The notes beneath the pieces were generated by a model. That model saw only the letters and a program-made list of their open reading frames with translations. It made no database searches and was not told the origin of the DNA. A stretch of 64,000 nt of DNA from Psammoneis japonica (lineage: Eukaryota). The stretch spans positions 1 to 64,000 of the forward strand of contig QPGO01000123.1 of assembly GCA_008632985.1 (NCBI GenBank), in the 5' to 3' direction. Both the position numbers and the translations under genes were made by a program. Of this stretch, positions 13,601 through 24,533 are shown one piece after another (the stretch's first letter is position 1; each line of letters opens with the position of its first letter).

Positions 13601-14289
13601 ACCTCTCCTTTGCAATCAGATTTGCTGCACTTTCCTCTGCTCTTTCTGGCGACAGAGTGTGCCTGAGTGTGACCCCCCTGCTTGTTCCAGCAACAAGGTT
13701 TGCGAGACTTGTTGTTTGTTGGCCTCTCTTTCATTTTCCATCTGTGCATGTTTTTGGACATGTGTTCCCCCTTTGTTTTGACCCTTGGATTTTCCTCTTT
13801 TCCTTGGATTCAGATTTCTTGCCTCTCAAGGCAATTTCTTTCCCGCCGCCAGCCAAGTTTTTTCTTCCTCAAGGGGTGGTGTGCACTCTCTTTCCATTTT
13901 TTGCACTCACTCATCATGAGGTTGACCAGTTTGTCAGGACATTCATGCCACTTCTTTCACCATGCTTGCTGTGCATGCGTGTGTGGCAAGATGCACGAGC
14001 TTGTCTTTTGCAACTTGGAAGTTGCGACAAAGGAGGTTGTGTCTTTCGACCAGACCTTGGAGCCTGCAGAGACATGCTTGTCAAGATTCTTGGTTTCACT
14101 TTGATGCCTTCTGTGGTTGTTTTTTGCTGGTGCTGAGGTTTCCTTTTTTGTGCCTTGCTTCTTGGCCGGCGGTCGGCTCTCGGCTGCTGAAGGTGGCTTT
14201 GATGACTCAACCTTCTTCTCTTCCACACTGGTTGACAACCTTCATGAGAACATTTGGACTGACAAAGACTAAAGGATTCTCATGTTGTG

Positions 14290-17200
14290 CTTGAGTTGTG
14301 GAGTGGTTTCCATTTGTGAGGAGCGTTGCACGGATCGATCTCAACAGCCAAACGGAGAGAGATTAGACAGAGAGCTTCAAGCTCCATTCGAGTTTTAAAA
14401 TAGAAGATTAAGGGAGCCCATGTAGAGCGGAAGGGAACAGCAGAAGGAGGCACGGAGGTAGCTGTAGAGATGGCAGAGTAGAAGGGTCGAAGGACGCAAG
14501 ATGAAGGGCGTTTTGAGGATGGCATGGGTGAGGAGGGGGCAGGGAGGGAGGAAGTGAATCGGAGGATGTGCGTAGAAAGGTGAAGAACGACGTTGTAGCC
14601 AAGAGTTTGGGTGGCCCACTGGGATGGGGTGGATGTACGGCAGGTGTTCCCAAAGCGATCGGCGGACAGGCGACGCCATGCGAAGTCAGCAGAGGGAAGG
14701 ATTGCAGACGGAGACGACAAAGCGTAGAGGAAGGCGGAGTAGGAGGCATCGGAGTGACGAAAGTTGGAGGAAGAGGACCAGGGTGGCTTTGGCTGAGAGC
14801 AGACGGAGGAGGATGTAGAACCAAAGAGCAAGCGGTGGCAAAGTAGCCGAGACCACCAAGGTGATCTACAGTGAAGGGGAGCAGGAAGATGCCATTGTTG
14901 TCAAGCAAAGAAACAACAAGGGATCCATCGGCAGAGGAAGCAGAGGGGCCAAGAAACTTCAATCTTGCGCTCGAGTGGTGTGCCTCAGTTAAGACAGGAG
15001 AAGAGGGGGCAGGCAGACCTGGAGGAGGGCGAGAGGAAGCTTGAGGGACGGCAACATCCACTGCAATGTAGTGATGGCGGGAGGGAGCGGAAAGGGAGGC
15101 GGGAGGGGGGATTAAAATGCCGACATCGGCGGGACGGAGGAGCGGGCGGGTGGGGAGCAGGTTGGTGGGTTCGAGATGAACGTCACTGGGGGATCGACAG
15201 AACTCTGCAAGAGGACCCAAAGTTTGGGCTAGGATGAAAACAGCATCACGGAGACCATTGGAGAGCTTGGACTTGTGAGCATGGCGGCAAGAAAAGGCAT
15301 GATCACCACAGGCATCCAGGATGGCATGGCCACAGGGACAGGGAGTGTTGACAAGGGACGGAGGAAGGATGGGGAGACGAAGCTTGCGAAGGGCGGCAAT
15401 GACGTAGACGTCCGAAGAAAGGCGGGAGCTTGGGAAGCGACGGGAGAAGGAATGAAGAGGGAGGCTTGTAAGCGGAGACAGCAATGAAGGGAGCGAAGAT
15501 TGCACGTCGTAAGATGAGTTAGCAAGGATGGAGGTCACTGCTTGTTGTTGATGTTCATGGTAGAGGCGACGAGCCAGGCCAGGGAGAGTGGCCGATTTAA
15601 CCAGGGCAGCCAAGGAAGAAGAGGAAAGGGTAGAGGCGGAAGCCAGAACGGGAGCACAACGGCGGAAGAGCGTATAGAGTCGCAGGGAAGAGCGAGGGTT
15701 GGACCAGGAAGATGGGGAGAGCCGAAAGCAGCGCGGAAGGGAAACAGAAGCGCCAGATGGCAGGCTGACACCGTGCGAAGCAAAGCGGAACGAGCGGAGA
15801 AGCGACACCAAGAAGGAAGGAATGGCAGTGGCTGTTGGATCCCGGAGACCAAACCCGCCTGAGGAGGCAGGAAGGAAGGCGATGGCAATAGAATGGTCAG
15901 GAAAAGGAGCGGCGAAGGAAGTGACGTAGTGAAGAAAGCGGTGAGCAATGGTGAGGAGGAAATCTTGAAACGGAGAGGTCCAGAGAAAGGGGTCGGGAGG
16001 ATTGTCGGGGTCGAAGTTGCAGCAGAAGTCAGCTCCAAGGAGGTGGGCAGAGGATGGAACAAAACAGTGCTTGAAGAGTTGAGCCTGGGTTTGTTTGTCA
16101 TGAAGACGGGTGAGAAGCATGTCAACTTTATCGGAGAGAGCAGAGGAAGCATCGGAAAGGAAGGAGGTGGCGAAGTCATGGGAGCCGAGGGGCTGTCCAA
16201 GGAAGCGAACGCCAGAGGTGAGTTCGGGGTTGCAAGAGGGGTCATTGGTGGGGTTTAAGAAGGAAAGTGCAGCACGGAGAGAATCGGCATGGGAAGGGGG
16301 AAGAGCAGGGATGGGGCTAACACCGGCAATGGAGGTGAGGATCTTGGTTTTATGGAGGTTGAGGGAGATCCCGCAGGGAGCGCCGAGGGCGGAGAAGCGT
16401 TCAAGGAACCATGGGAGTGCGGAATGGGGAAGGAAAGCATGAGCATCATCAACGCAGGAGCCAACTGAGACAGAGGAACGGCCAGGGATTCGTTCTTGAA
16501 GCTCTCAGTTGATTGGACGGAGAACCAGAGAGAGGACCAGGCTGGCAAAGACAGGGCCGAGAGGGCATCCTTGGGCAAATCCCTCTTCTTGAAGAAAGGA
16601 GCCCCAGGAAGAATCAGGTTGGCGATGCCAACATGTGTTGGAACTTTGACATAGAAGGTCAAAAAAAGGAAGCAGAGGATGGAAGGCAGGGGTGGAGGTG
16701 AGAACGTGTCGACAGGCATCTCGGGATGCTTCGTTGAACATGTTGGCAAGGTCAAGAAGAAGAAGAACCTTGGCAGAGTCGGCAGAAGAAAGACATCGTT
16801 CGATGTTGGCAAGAGCAGAGTGAATGAGATAATCGAGGCCACCTTTGACACCAATGCCAAATTGGCCATCTGGGAGGAGGCACTCGGCAAATGCAGAGCC
16901 AAAGAGAGTCATGACGACGGAGCCGGCAATGCGACGGAGAGCAGTGCCGACGCCAATGGGGCGAAGCTTGTTGAGGTCGCTGGCATCTTTATGCAGAGCG
17001 ACAAAGTAGTTTGAAGCAAACAAGGAATGGACGGAGGGAGGAATGGAGCCATGGAGCAGGAGAAGGACAAGCTCACGGAAGGATGACAAGCAGGGACGTT
17101 GAGCAACTCCTGTCGGGGTTTTGGCAGAACAAAGGGCGCAGGACTTGAAGAGGTCGGCAGAATCAGCAAAGACACCGGGGCAGCAGTCCCAGGCTTACAT

Positions 17201-17345
17201 TTGGAGAGAGCAGAAAGAAGAGCATCGGAGGAGAGCTCAATAGGCTCGTTATGAAGGGAGGAGGCCGAACGAGTTGAAGGAGGATTAGGCAGGTCGGAGG
17301 GATGCAGGCGAGGAGGGTAAAGACAGTCGATTGATTCAATCGACA
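14290..17345 (-). mobile_element. Relatively young, 5'-truncated CRE-like non-LTR retrotransposon (RT, zinc knuckle, RLE); pseudogenised
   Basis: KLRPIGVG..RR, QFGIG, LDLANMFN, GFAQGCPLGP, SCVDD, CPCG..D.CGDHAFSC, RPADV, IAVDV. ORFs 16505-17089 and 14408-16120 share a frame, interrupted by a TGA at 16505-16507. Frameshifts near 17180 and 14835. Confidence 0.88.
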
Positions 17346-17553
17346 GGGGCTGTTCGCTGATGTCGATAACTTCCTCATGGTTATATATATCTTTTATGTC
17401 ATTGTATTGTTATGACCCATTATCCGACATTGCCGAAAGAACTTTCCGGCAGTAACTAAGTATAAATTTATGAATGCGATATAGAAGAATTTAACATGTG
17501 GTTCTTTTCATGATGAGGTGGTCAGTTCTGATTGGTGTATTCACAATTTCTGC

Positions 17554-17571
17554 TGACGTGGAATGACGTGG
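17554..17571 (+). promoter_or_regulatory. Tandem TGACGTGG motifs (bZIP/CRE-like sites)
   Basis: TGACGTGG at 17554-17561 and 17564-17571. TGACGT is a known diatom bZIP/aureochrome-type core; function here is untested. Confidence 0.3.
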
Positions 17572-17744
17572 TGGCAAGAAATGTTGAAGCTGTGAATTCT
17601 CGAGCGATACTCGATACGCCAGCACGCTACCGGAGGACTCAACCGGTCCCGCCGTCCGTGACTGAAATTTCACCACGGTGAAGCATGAGAGTCGAATCAT
17701 TCGATTGGACTCAACCGGTCCCGATTTTGCATCAAAAACGGCAT

Positions 17745-18393
17745 GTTTTACTTTGATGCATCTCGCCATGGCATACATCGTGATGACGACGCGTTATGCA
17801 GGGGGGATCTTTTTCTACCATTGTTATTAAGAGGTTGATACATTGGTTTGGTTTCCTGGGGTGCTTTGGTTGCTGCACATGCTATAAACGGTTGCGTGCC
17901 TCGACTCGTGACTCGACTGCTGCACGGTACGTGTAACACCTGAATGGTCCACAACGTTGCGCCGGTAAGTTCTTTCTGTGTTTTCTCATTTTATGCCGTT
18001 TATCTACTCACTAAAGATGTTGTTTGTGCTTTGTTACAGCTTCATAAGAGGATACATCGTCTCGTACGGTCGATTATTGTATCTGCAATATTGGCATCTT
18101 TTTCACGTCGTCGTCATCACAAAAGCGTATCCGTTTGGGAGCCTTGTGCTTCATCCCAATCCACATCTTTTGGTACATCTATTTTTACTATTTTTTTGGA
18201 CTTGTGACGAGCTTGATATGTTTTTGAAGGTCTTGGTCGGCTCGTAATCACAGCATGTCGTTTTTCGGCGATAACAATTTCTTGAAAGTGCATGCCGTGG
18301 GAACAAAACGATACGATGGAGTCTTGGGGATACTCACGACGTTGGCATTTGGCAGACAGCCTTGCCATAGTCCAAAGAAGGTAAACCTGTGAG
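17745..18393. repeat. Unclassified dispersed repeat, TpA-retaining copy (inverted homologue of 1-645)
   Basis: By-eye alignment; both copies keep a GGTAAGTTCT splice-donor-like motif. Confidence 0.7.
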
Positions 18394-19554
18394 TATGTTG
18401 TGATTGATTGAGTTTTGGACTCGTTTTGACGAAACTTGCATACCTCACGAGCCTTTTTTGGTGTGTCTCGATCATGCGTACAGGTGTCTGGTCCGTTTTG
18501 ACCCTTTCCACCTACCCTTCAACCGCATTATCATCATTATCTAAGACATGATATTGTCCACGTTATTTTGGGAGATCTTTGTGGTGTAACTACGAATCTA
18601 GGCTTTGCAATGGGTAAAATGGGAAGGTTGAGGCTTGTGTTGGCGGGCTCATCGCCTCCTCCTGAATGCGCGGATGCCACGGACCGCTGATGTTACTTGG
18701 GGGCATAAAAATTGGTAAGGCGACTCAGTTCTACCTTTAAAAGGTGCCCCTAGTGAGTATATTGTTGTGTGTAACCCCAGTCTATTGTTATTGTGTACGT
18801 TGTTCCACTCATATTTTCATTTTGCCTGTCATTTTCCAGTGTGACTATCGTTGACCGTTAAAGCTTGCAGTGGCATTTCCAGGCCCATATTCTACATGAT
18901 AGATATCTTTTGATACTCTTTGCTCATATGGGGAAATCAGATCCTGGAGCAATCAGTTCCTAGTCGGGTGTAGAGAGGTGCAAGTGCAATGGATGAAATT
19001 TGGACCAGGGCACAGATGGAGTTTGGGCGAACGTGCTGTTTCTTCTCGCTGGTAGAGTTAGTTAGCGTGGGTGTGCGTGCAGATGGCCTCTCTATTTAGG
19101 GCTACTACTCTCTAGAGTGCTACAGTGCCACTCTAGAGTAGAACTTGGTGCAAAAGGTAAGAAATCAATTTTTTTGTGATTTTCGACTCGTCGCGGCATC
19201 TTCGGCGTTGTCCGTTGACGACGATAAGTAATCCATTGAAATGACTTATAGACTTATAGCATTTTGTTGTTCTTTAGAGATATGATTATATAGCTTCTAG
19301 TATTCTAGCTTTCTTCAAGGGTAGGATTGTATGGCATGTCCTTCGGGAAGAAGTCGCTTTGCGTTATCATTGCGTTGTGGCGGCACTCTCAAACTCATCC
19401 ATCGCGGCGGCTTGTACGTAGGGCTACGTACTAATTCTAGCGAGCGTCCGTCAGTCAGCCGGCGGACCGGTTGAGGCAGCGGGACCGGTTGAGTCCGCCG
19501 GTAGCACGCCAATCCGAGTACATCCTTCTTCCGCGCTTCTCACTGCTCGCTCAC

Positions 19555-19845
19555 TGCCGAGTATCACGGTCATCTATATTCATTCGTATATTCATTCGTG
19601 GGTGTCAGCCTGGTGTCAAAAGTGTCAAAAGGATGTCAACGATGACACTTTCTAGAAACCTCTTCTCCTTTCTCGATACATCTCGATGCCTCTCGAAAGA
19701 TTGTTTCTTTATATTTCTACGCGGTTTCTTAGTATTAATTCTACGAGATTTCGGAGTAGCCGAATCTCTTTCATTTCTTCTCACAACATTAGCAACAGTC
19801 AACTTTACAACGCTACTTTATACTGTTACTTGGCGCCACTTGGCA
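19555..19845 (+). repeat. Gypsy 5' LTR
   Basis: Direct repeat of 24164-24454 with 6 transition differences by eye. Confidence 0.97.
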
Positions 19846-19918
19846 TAGTAAATTTACTCCCAAACACTTATTCATCTCTCTTGAGATATATCTACCGATC
19901 ATATTGTCCTGACCAGAC

Positions 19919-22900
19919 ATGTCAGCAGAAAACTGCCCATTCGAACTCAAGCGTCCTGACCGCTCTGAGGAAGAGCGACGCAAAGACCAACTCGTGTCTT
20001 TTGAAAGCCCCATTGATCCTGACGATCCAGATGGGCTTAAAACTACGATCGAGGTACGTAAGTTAGCTTCAACTGAACCGGAAGATGTTCTTACCTTCTG
20101 GTCAAACTTCGATGAACTTGTCAACGATCTCGGTGCGGCTGAAGGACAGCCACGTTTCCGGCTCGTGACCAGACTTATGACCGGAACACCAAAAGACGAC
20201 TGGGAAATCGTCGTAAACGAATGCGAAAACCGCGACCAAGTTACATTCGACACTTGTCGTGAAGAATTTCTGCTCCAACACATGGACAGAGAAATTGCCC
20301 TTGACACCAAGGAATGGCTTCAAAGCCTTAAGAAGCCCAGGAACCAAACTGTCAAGTCATTTGTTAATGACATCCGTCGCTTTAATAAGTTGATTGACAT
20401 CATGCCTGCGCCAACCGAAGATGACGCCGAAAGAGTTCCGTCATTCACGGAAGCGGAATTATCCGTAATCCTTCGAAAATGTGGACCAAGATCATGGGCC
20501 GAAACTCAGACTAAAGCCCGTCTTCGCAACTTAAACTTGAACGACCAAGCTCAATACTACGAGACTCTCCGATGTATGGAACAACGTGGTGACAAAGGGT
20601 CTGCCGACAACAACAGACGCAACAACAATCGGAATCGACGCAACAACGGTCGAAATGCGCGTCGCGGCCAGAATGACGACCAAAATCGCGACACCAGGAA
20701 CAGGAACCAAAACAATCGTGAACAAACATGTCCAATCCATGGCGTTGTACATCCGAACGGTCAAGAGTGCAATGTCATCCGTCGTGAACGTGAAAATTGT
20801 GAGCGGAACCGCGCAAATCGGAATGCGCCGAATCAACAAAATGACTCTCGAAACGAGCCGACACACCGCCATCCTACACGGAGCCGCACACGGAACGTCG
20901 AAAACAACAATGTGGACTCCAAAGCTGGTCGCTCCGCTTCTAACGATGTCGACAGCGTCGCGTCAGATGATGTCAACGATGTTTTTGAAGACGTCACGTC
21001 TCTTCTAGACGATTCCATCGAATCCGAAATAGAAGACAATCTCACCACGGAAGCGCGTGTCCAGATGATTGACACTCATTCTGGAATGCACAAGTTCCGT
21101 GTTGCTTTGCTCGATACCGGCGCAAATCGCAATTTTGTGAAGCGCTCAGCCCTTCGCGGGATTCCTCACAAAATCCGTAAATGCAACGTTCCCGTTAAAG
21201 GCCGTTACAGCACCGTTAATCTACACGAGATTGCGACGCTGACATTGAAGTTCCCAGACTTCGCATCGTCCAAGAAGGTTTCCGTCGATGCTTGTGTGGA
21301 AGACAAAGCCGCAGGAAAACATGACATTGTCATCGGAAGAAAAACCGCCACAGAAATGGGACTCGTTTTTGATTTTCGACATCAAACAATCACGTGGGAC
21401 GATGTCACCCTATCCATGCGATCCAAGGGCTCTTTCGACCAAGTCGAAGTTAATGCAATTCATCCCGGCGATGCTGAATTACCCAAGTTCTTCCAGAATG
21501 CCGTCAACCGTCAGGTTCGAGGTGTGACGAGCAATGCGTGCGACAAGCACAATTGTCGCGACATGGTTCTACGCTGCATACACCTTGATGACGATCAACA
21601 GCACCAACTCATCGAACTCTTCGGACGACACCCGCAATTATTCGATGGCACACTTGGAGCTGTACCCGGTGAACCCGTCCATTTGACCCTGAAACCAGGA
21701 TCGCGTCCATGCTGTGCGAAAGCTTGCACTGTTCCGCAAGCGTCATGTCCCATGGCTCGCAAAGAAGTGGATGAATTGGAAAAAATCGATGTCATTACGC
21801 GCAAACTTCACTCTCCTTGGGGCGCATCCTGTCTTTTCCGATCGAAGAAAAGCGGTGGCATCCGTTTCTTATCCGATTTGCGGAAACTCAACGAGTGTCT
21901 CGAACGGCATCCACATCCACTGCCTGTTGTCGACGACGTCGTATGGAAAATGAACGGCTTTACCTGTGCGACATGTTTGGACCTCAACCGAGGCTACTGT
22001 CACTTCGTGCTTGACGACGAGTCAAAAAAACTCTGCGGTGTCATCCTGCCGTGGGGCAAGCATTGCTGCAACCGCCTGCCGCAAGGAATCAAACCGGCAA
22101 GCGACATTTTTCAAGCTTACATGACAGATGTTTTTCATGACATGGAAGACATCACAGTCTACATCGACAACATCATCCTCTTCACCAAGAACAACTTCAA
22201 CCATCACTGTCAACGACTCGAACTCGTCTTGCAACGGCTCCTCGCGAACAATCTTCACGTGCATGTCGAAGAATCCTGTCTCGCCGCCAAAACCGTCGAC
22301 CACTTAGGCTATGCCATGACTGCAAAAGGCACTCAGCCTCAGAAAAAGAAAATCCCACCCTTGCTTCGCTTCGCTCGCCCTCAAAACCGTCGACAATTGC
22401 GTGGTTTCATCGGGTTCGTGAATTGTTTCAAGAAATTGTGGCACCGACGCAGCCACACTCTTACGCCCTTAACTGCGCTGTCATCAGACAAAGTCAAATT
22501 CAAGTGGACTGACGTCCACACGGAAGCTTTCAATCAGATGAAAAAAATTGTGGCGCGCGAAATCCTCCTCCGATTCCCCGACTTCTCTCAACCTTTCAAG
22601 ATCTATCCGGATGCGAGTGATTGTCAACTTGGTGCAGTGATTGCTCAAGATTTTGATGATGGCGAATGGCCAATTGCATTCTACAGCCGAAAATTATCTC
22701 AAGCGCAACGAAACTACACGACAATGGAAAAAGAGCTACTGTCGCTCGTGGAAACGACCGAAAATTTCAAAAGCATCCTTTTTGGTCATCGATGCCACCT
22801 GTTTGCCGATCACAAAAATCTCACATTTGACAAATTCAAGTCAGAACGCGTCAAACGCTGGCGTTTGCTTCTCGAGGAGTGCGACTGCTCTTTCGAGCAC

Positions 22901-24142
22901 CTGCCAGGCCACAAGAATGTCGTGGCTGATTTTTTGAGTCGCCATCCCATTGTCCAAGTCGATCAAAGCAATTACGAGGAAATGACTTCGTTGGAAATCG
23001 ATCCTTCGACATTCCCCGTTACTTTCGACATTGTCGCCGACCATCAGAAAAAAGATTCTGCTCTTCAGCAACGACTCGACAAGTCCGAATCCCACTCAGC
23101 CGAACTGTTCAACGGAAAACAGATTATCCTTTACAAGAACAAGATTGTCCTCCCTCCAACGCTTTTTCCTGCAGTTCTACAATGGTGCCATGAAACTCTC
23201 TGCCACCCTGGTGCCAATCGCACCTGCCAAACTTTGGCTTCACATTTTTACATTCGCGACATGCAGACGAAAGTCCGCACTTTTGTCCGCAAGTGCCGCA
23301 CGTGTTCCAAATCCAAGCACACTACGGCAAACCATGGCGAATTACCTCTTCCAGATACTACTTATAAACCTTGGCAGGCAACTCAAGTCGATCTTTTCGG
23401 TCCCTGGACGTATGCCGACAAAAATGGTGTCGATCGCAAAATCAGAGCCGTTTCAATTATTGATGTCGCAACCCGTTGGGTCGAACTCGCGAACTATAAG
23501 TTCAAAACGTCCGAAGACATTTCACTTATCGTCGATCGCGAGTGGTTTTGTCGCTATCCGCGACCAGAAATTGTCATTTATGACAACGGTTCCGAATTCA
23601 CTTCCGAGTTTACAGATCTCCTCTACAGTTATGGTGTTAAACCGAAACCTACAACAATCAAGAATCCTCAAGCCAACGCGTTCGTTGAACGTATTCATCA
23701 AGTGATAGCCGATTCTCTCCGTGCGATGGATCTCCCTTCTCGCGATCATGATGAAGACACAATTCATGGAATTTTGCAATCCGTTGCATGGGCCTTGCGC
23801 AGTACCTACCATACTGCCCTTATGTCGTCTCCCGGACAAATTGTCTTCGGTCGAGACATGGTCATTTCTGCTACTTATCTTGCGAACTGGAAAATGATTA
23901 ATACCCGTCGCAAGCGCGATGTCCTACGCAATAATCTCCGCGAAAACGCAAAACGTCTTACTTACGACTACAACATCGGCGATCAAGTCTTCGTTATGAC
24001 CAAAGACATCCAACGCAAACTCAACACCAAAGATGGTCCTTTCCGTATCGTACGTGTCCATACCAATGGAACCGTTACCATCCAGCGCTCGCCTCACGTC
24101 ACTGAACGTATCAATATCCGCCGTCTTCACCCTGTCTTCTAA
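19919..24142 (+). CDS. Gypsy gag-pol polyprotein (gag, protease, RT, RNase H, integrase), 1407 aa; open but probably non-functional
   Basis: CPIHG knuckle, LLDTGA protease, LDLNRGY and LPQG, YIDN in place of YIDD, DASD.QLGA, HETLCH..CRTC, DNGSEF, GPF. Confidence 0.95.
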   Translation: MSAENCPFELKRPDRSEEERRKDQLVSFESPIDPDDPDGLKTTIEVRKLASTEPEDVLTFWSNFDELVNDLGAAEGQPRFRLVTRLMTGTPKDDWEIVVNECENRDQVTFDTCREEFLLQHMDREIALDTKEWLQSLKKPRNQTVKSFVNDIRRFNKLIDIMPAPTEDDAERVPSFTEAELSVILRKCGPRSWAETQTKARLRNLNLNDQAQYYETLRCMEQRGDKGSADNNRRNNNRNRRNNGRNARRGQNDDQNRDTRNRNQNNREQTCPIHGVVHPNGQECNVIRRERENCERNRANRNAPNQQNDSRNEPTHRHPTRSRTRNVENNNVDSKAGRSASNDVDSVASDDVNDVFEDVTSLLDDSIESEIEDNLTTEARVQMIDTHSGMHKFRVALLDTGANRNFVKRSALRGIPHKIRKCNVPVKGRYSTVNLHEIATLTLKFPDFASSKKVSVDACVEDKAAGKHDIVIGRKTATEMGLVFDFRHQTITWDDVTLSMRSKGSFDQVEVNAIHPGDAELPKFFQNAVNRQVRGVTSNACDKHNCRDMVLRCIHLDDDQQHQLIELFGRHPQLFDGTLGAVPGEPVHLTLKPGSRPCCAKACTVPQASCPMARKEVDELEKIDVITRKLHSPWGASCLFRSKKSGGIRFLSDLRKLNECLERHPHPLPVVDDVVWKMNGFTCATCLDLNRGYCHFVLDDESKKLCGVILPWGKHCCNRLPQGIKPASDIFQAYMTDVFHDMEDITVYIDNIILFTKNNFNHHCQRLELVLQRLLANNLHVHVEESCLAAKTVDHLGYAMTAKGTQPQKKKIPPLLRFARPQNRRQLRGFIGFVNCFKKLWHRRSHTLTPLTALSSDKVKFKWTDVHTEAFNQMKKIVAREILLRFPDFSQPFKIYPDASDCQLGAVIAQDFDDGEWPIAFYSRKLSQAQRNYTTMEKELLSLVETTENFKSILFGHRCHLFADHKNLTFDKFKSERVKRWRLLLEECDCSFEHLPGHKNVVADFLSRHPIVQVDQSNYEEMTSLEIDPSTFPVTFDIVADHQKKDSALQQRLDKSESHSAELFNGKQIILYKNKIVLPPTLFPAVLQWCHETLCHPGANRTCQTLASHFYIRDMQTKVRTFVRKCRTCSKSKHTTANHGELPLPDTTYKPWQATQVDLFGPWTYADKNGVDRKIRAVSIIDVATRWVELANYKFKTSEDISLIVDREWFCRYPRPEIVIYDNGSEFTSEFTDLLYSYGVKPKPTTIKNPQANAFVERIHQVIADSLRAMDLPSRDHDEDTIHGILQSVAWALRSTYHTALMSSPGQIVFGRDMVISATYLANWKMINTRRKRDVLRNNLRENAKRLTYDYNIGDQVFVMTKDIQRKLNTKDGPFRIVRVHTNGTVTIQRSPHVTERINIRRLHPVF

Positions 24143-24163
24143 CGTCTCAATTGGGGAAGCGAG

Positions 24164-24454
24164 TGCCGAGTATCACGGTCATCTATATTCATTCGTATAT
24201 TCATTCGTGGGTGTCAGCCTGGTGTCAAAAGTGTCAAAAGGATGTCAATGATGACACTTTCTAGAAACCTCTTCTCCTTTCTCGATACATCTCGATGCCT
24301 CTCGAAAGATTGTTTCTTTATATTTCTACGCGGTTTCTTAGTATTAATTCTACGAGATTTCGGAGTAGCCGAATCTCTTTCATTTCTTCTCACAATGTCA
24401 GCAACAGTCAACTTTACAACGCTACTTTATGCTATTACTTGGCGCCACTTGGCA
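24164..24454 (+). repeat. Gypsy 3' LTR
   Basis: Direct repeat of 19555-19845. Confidence 0.97.
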
Positions 24455-24533
24455 CTCACAAACACCAAACACTTCTCACAAAATCCGTGGATGATTCATC
24501 GTTGCATCTGAAAGATCTGAAAGAACACACACC

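Larger units (their letters stand above)
19555..24454 (+). mobile_element. Full-length Ty3/gypsy LTR retrotransposon
   Basis: 291-bp LTRs at 19555-19845 and 24164-24454 (TGCC...GGCA), 5-bp TSD CTCAC (19550-19554 and 24455-24459), PPT GGGGAAGCGAG before the 3' LTR. Confidence 0.97.
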
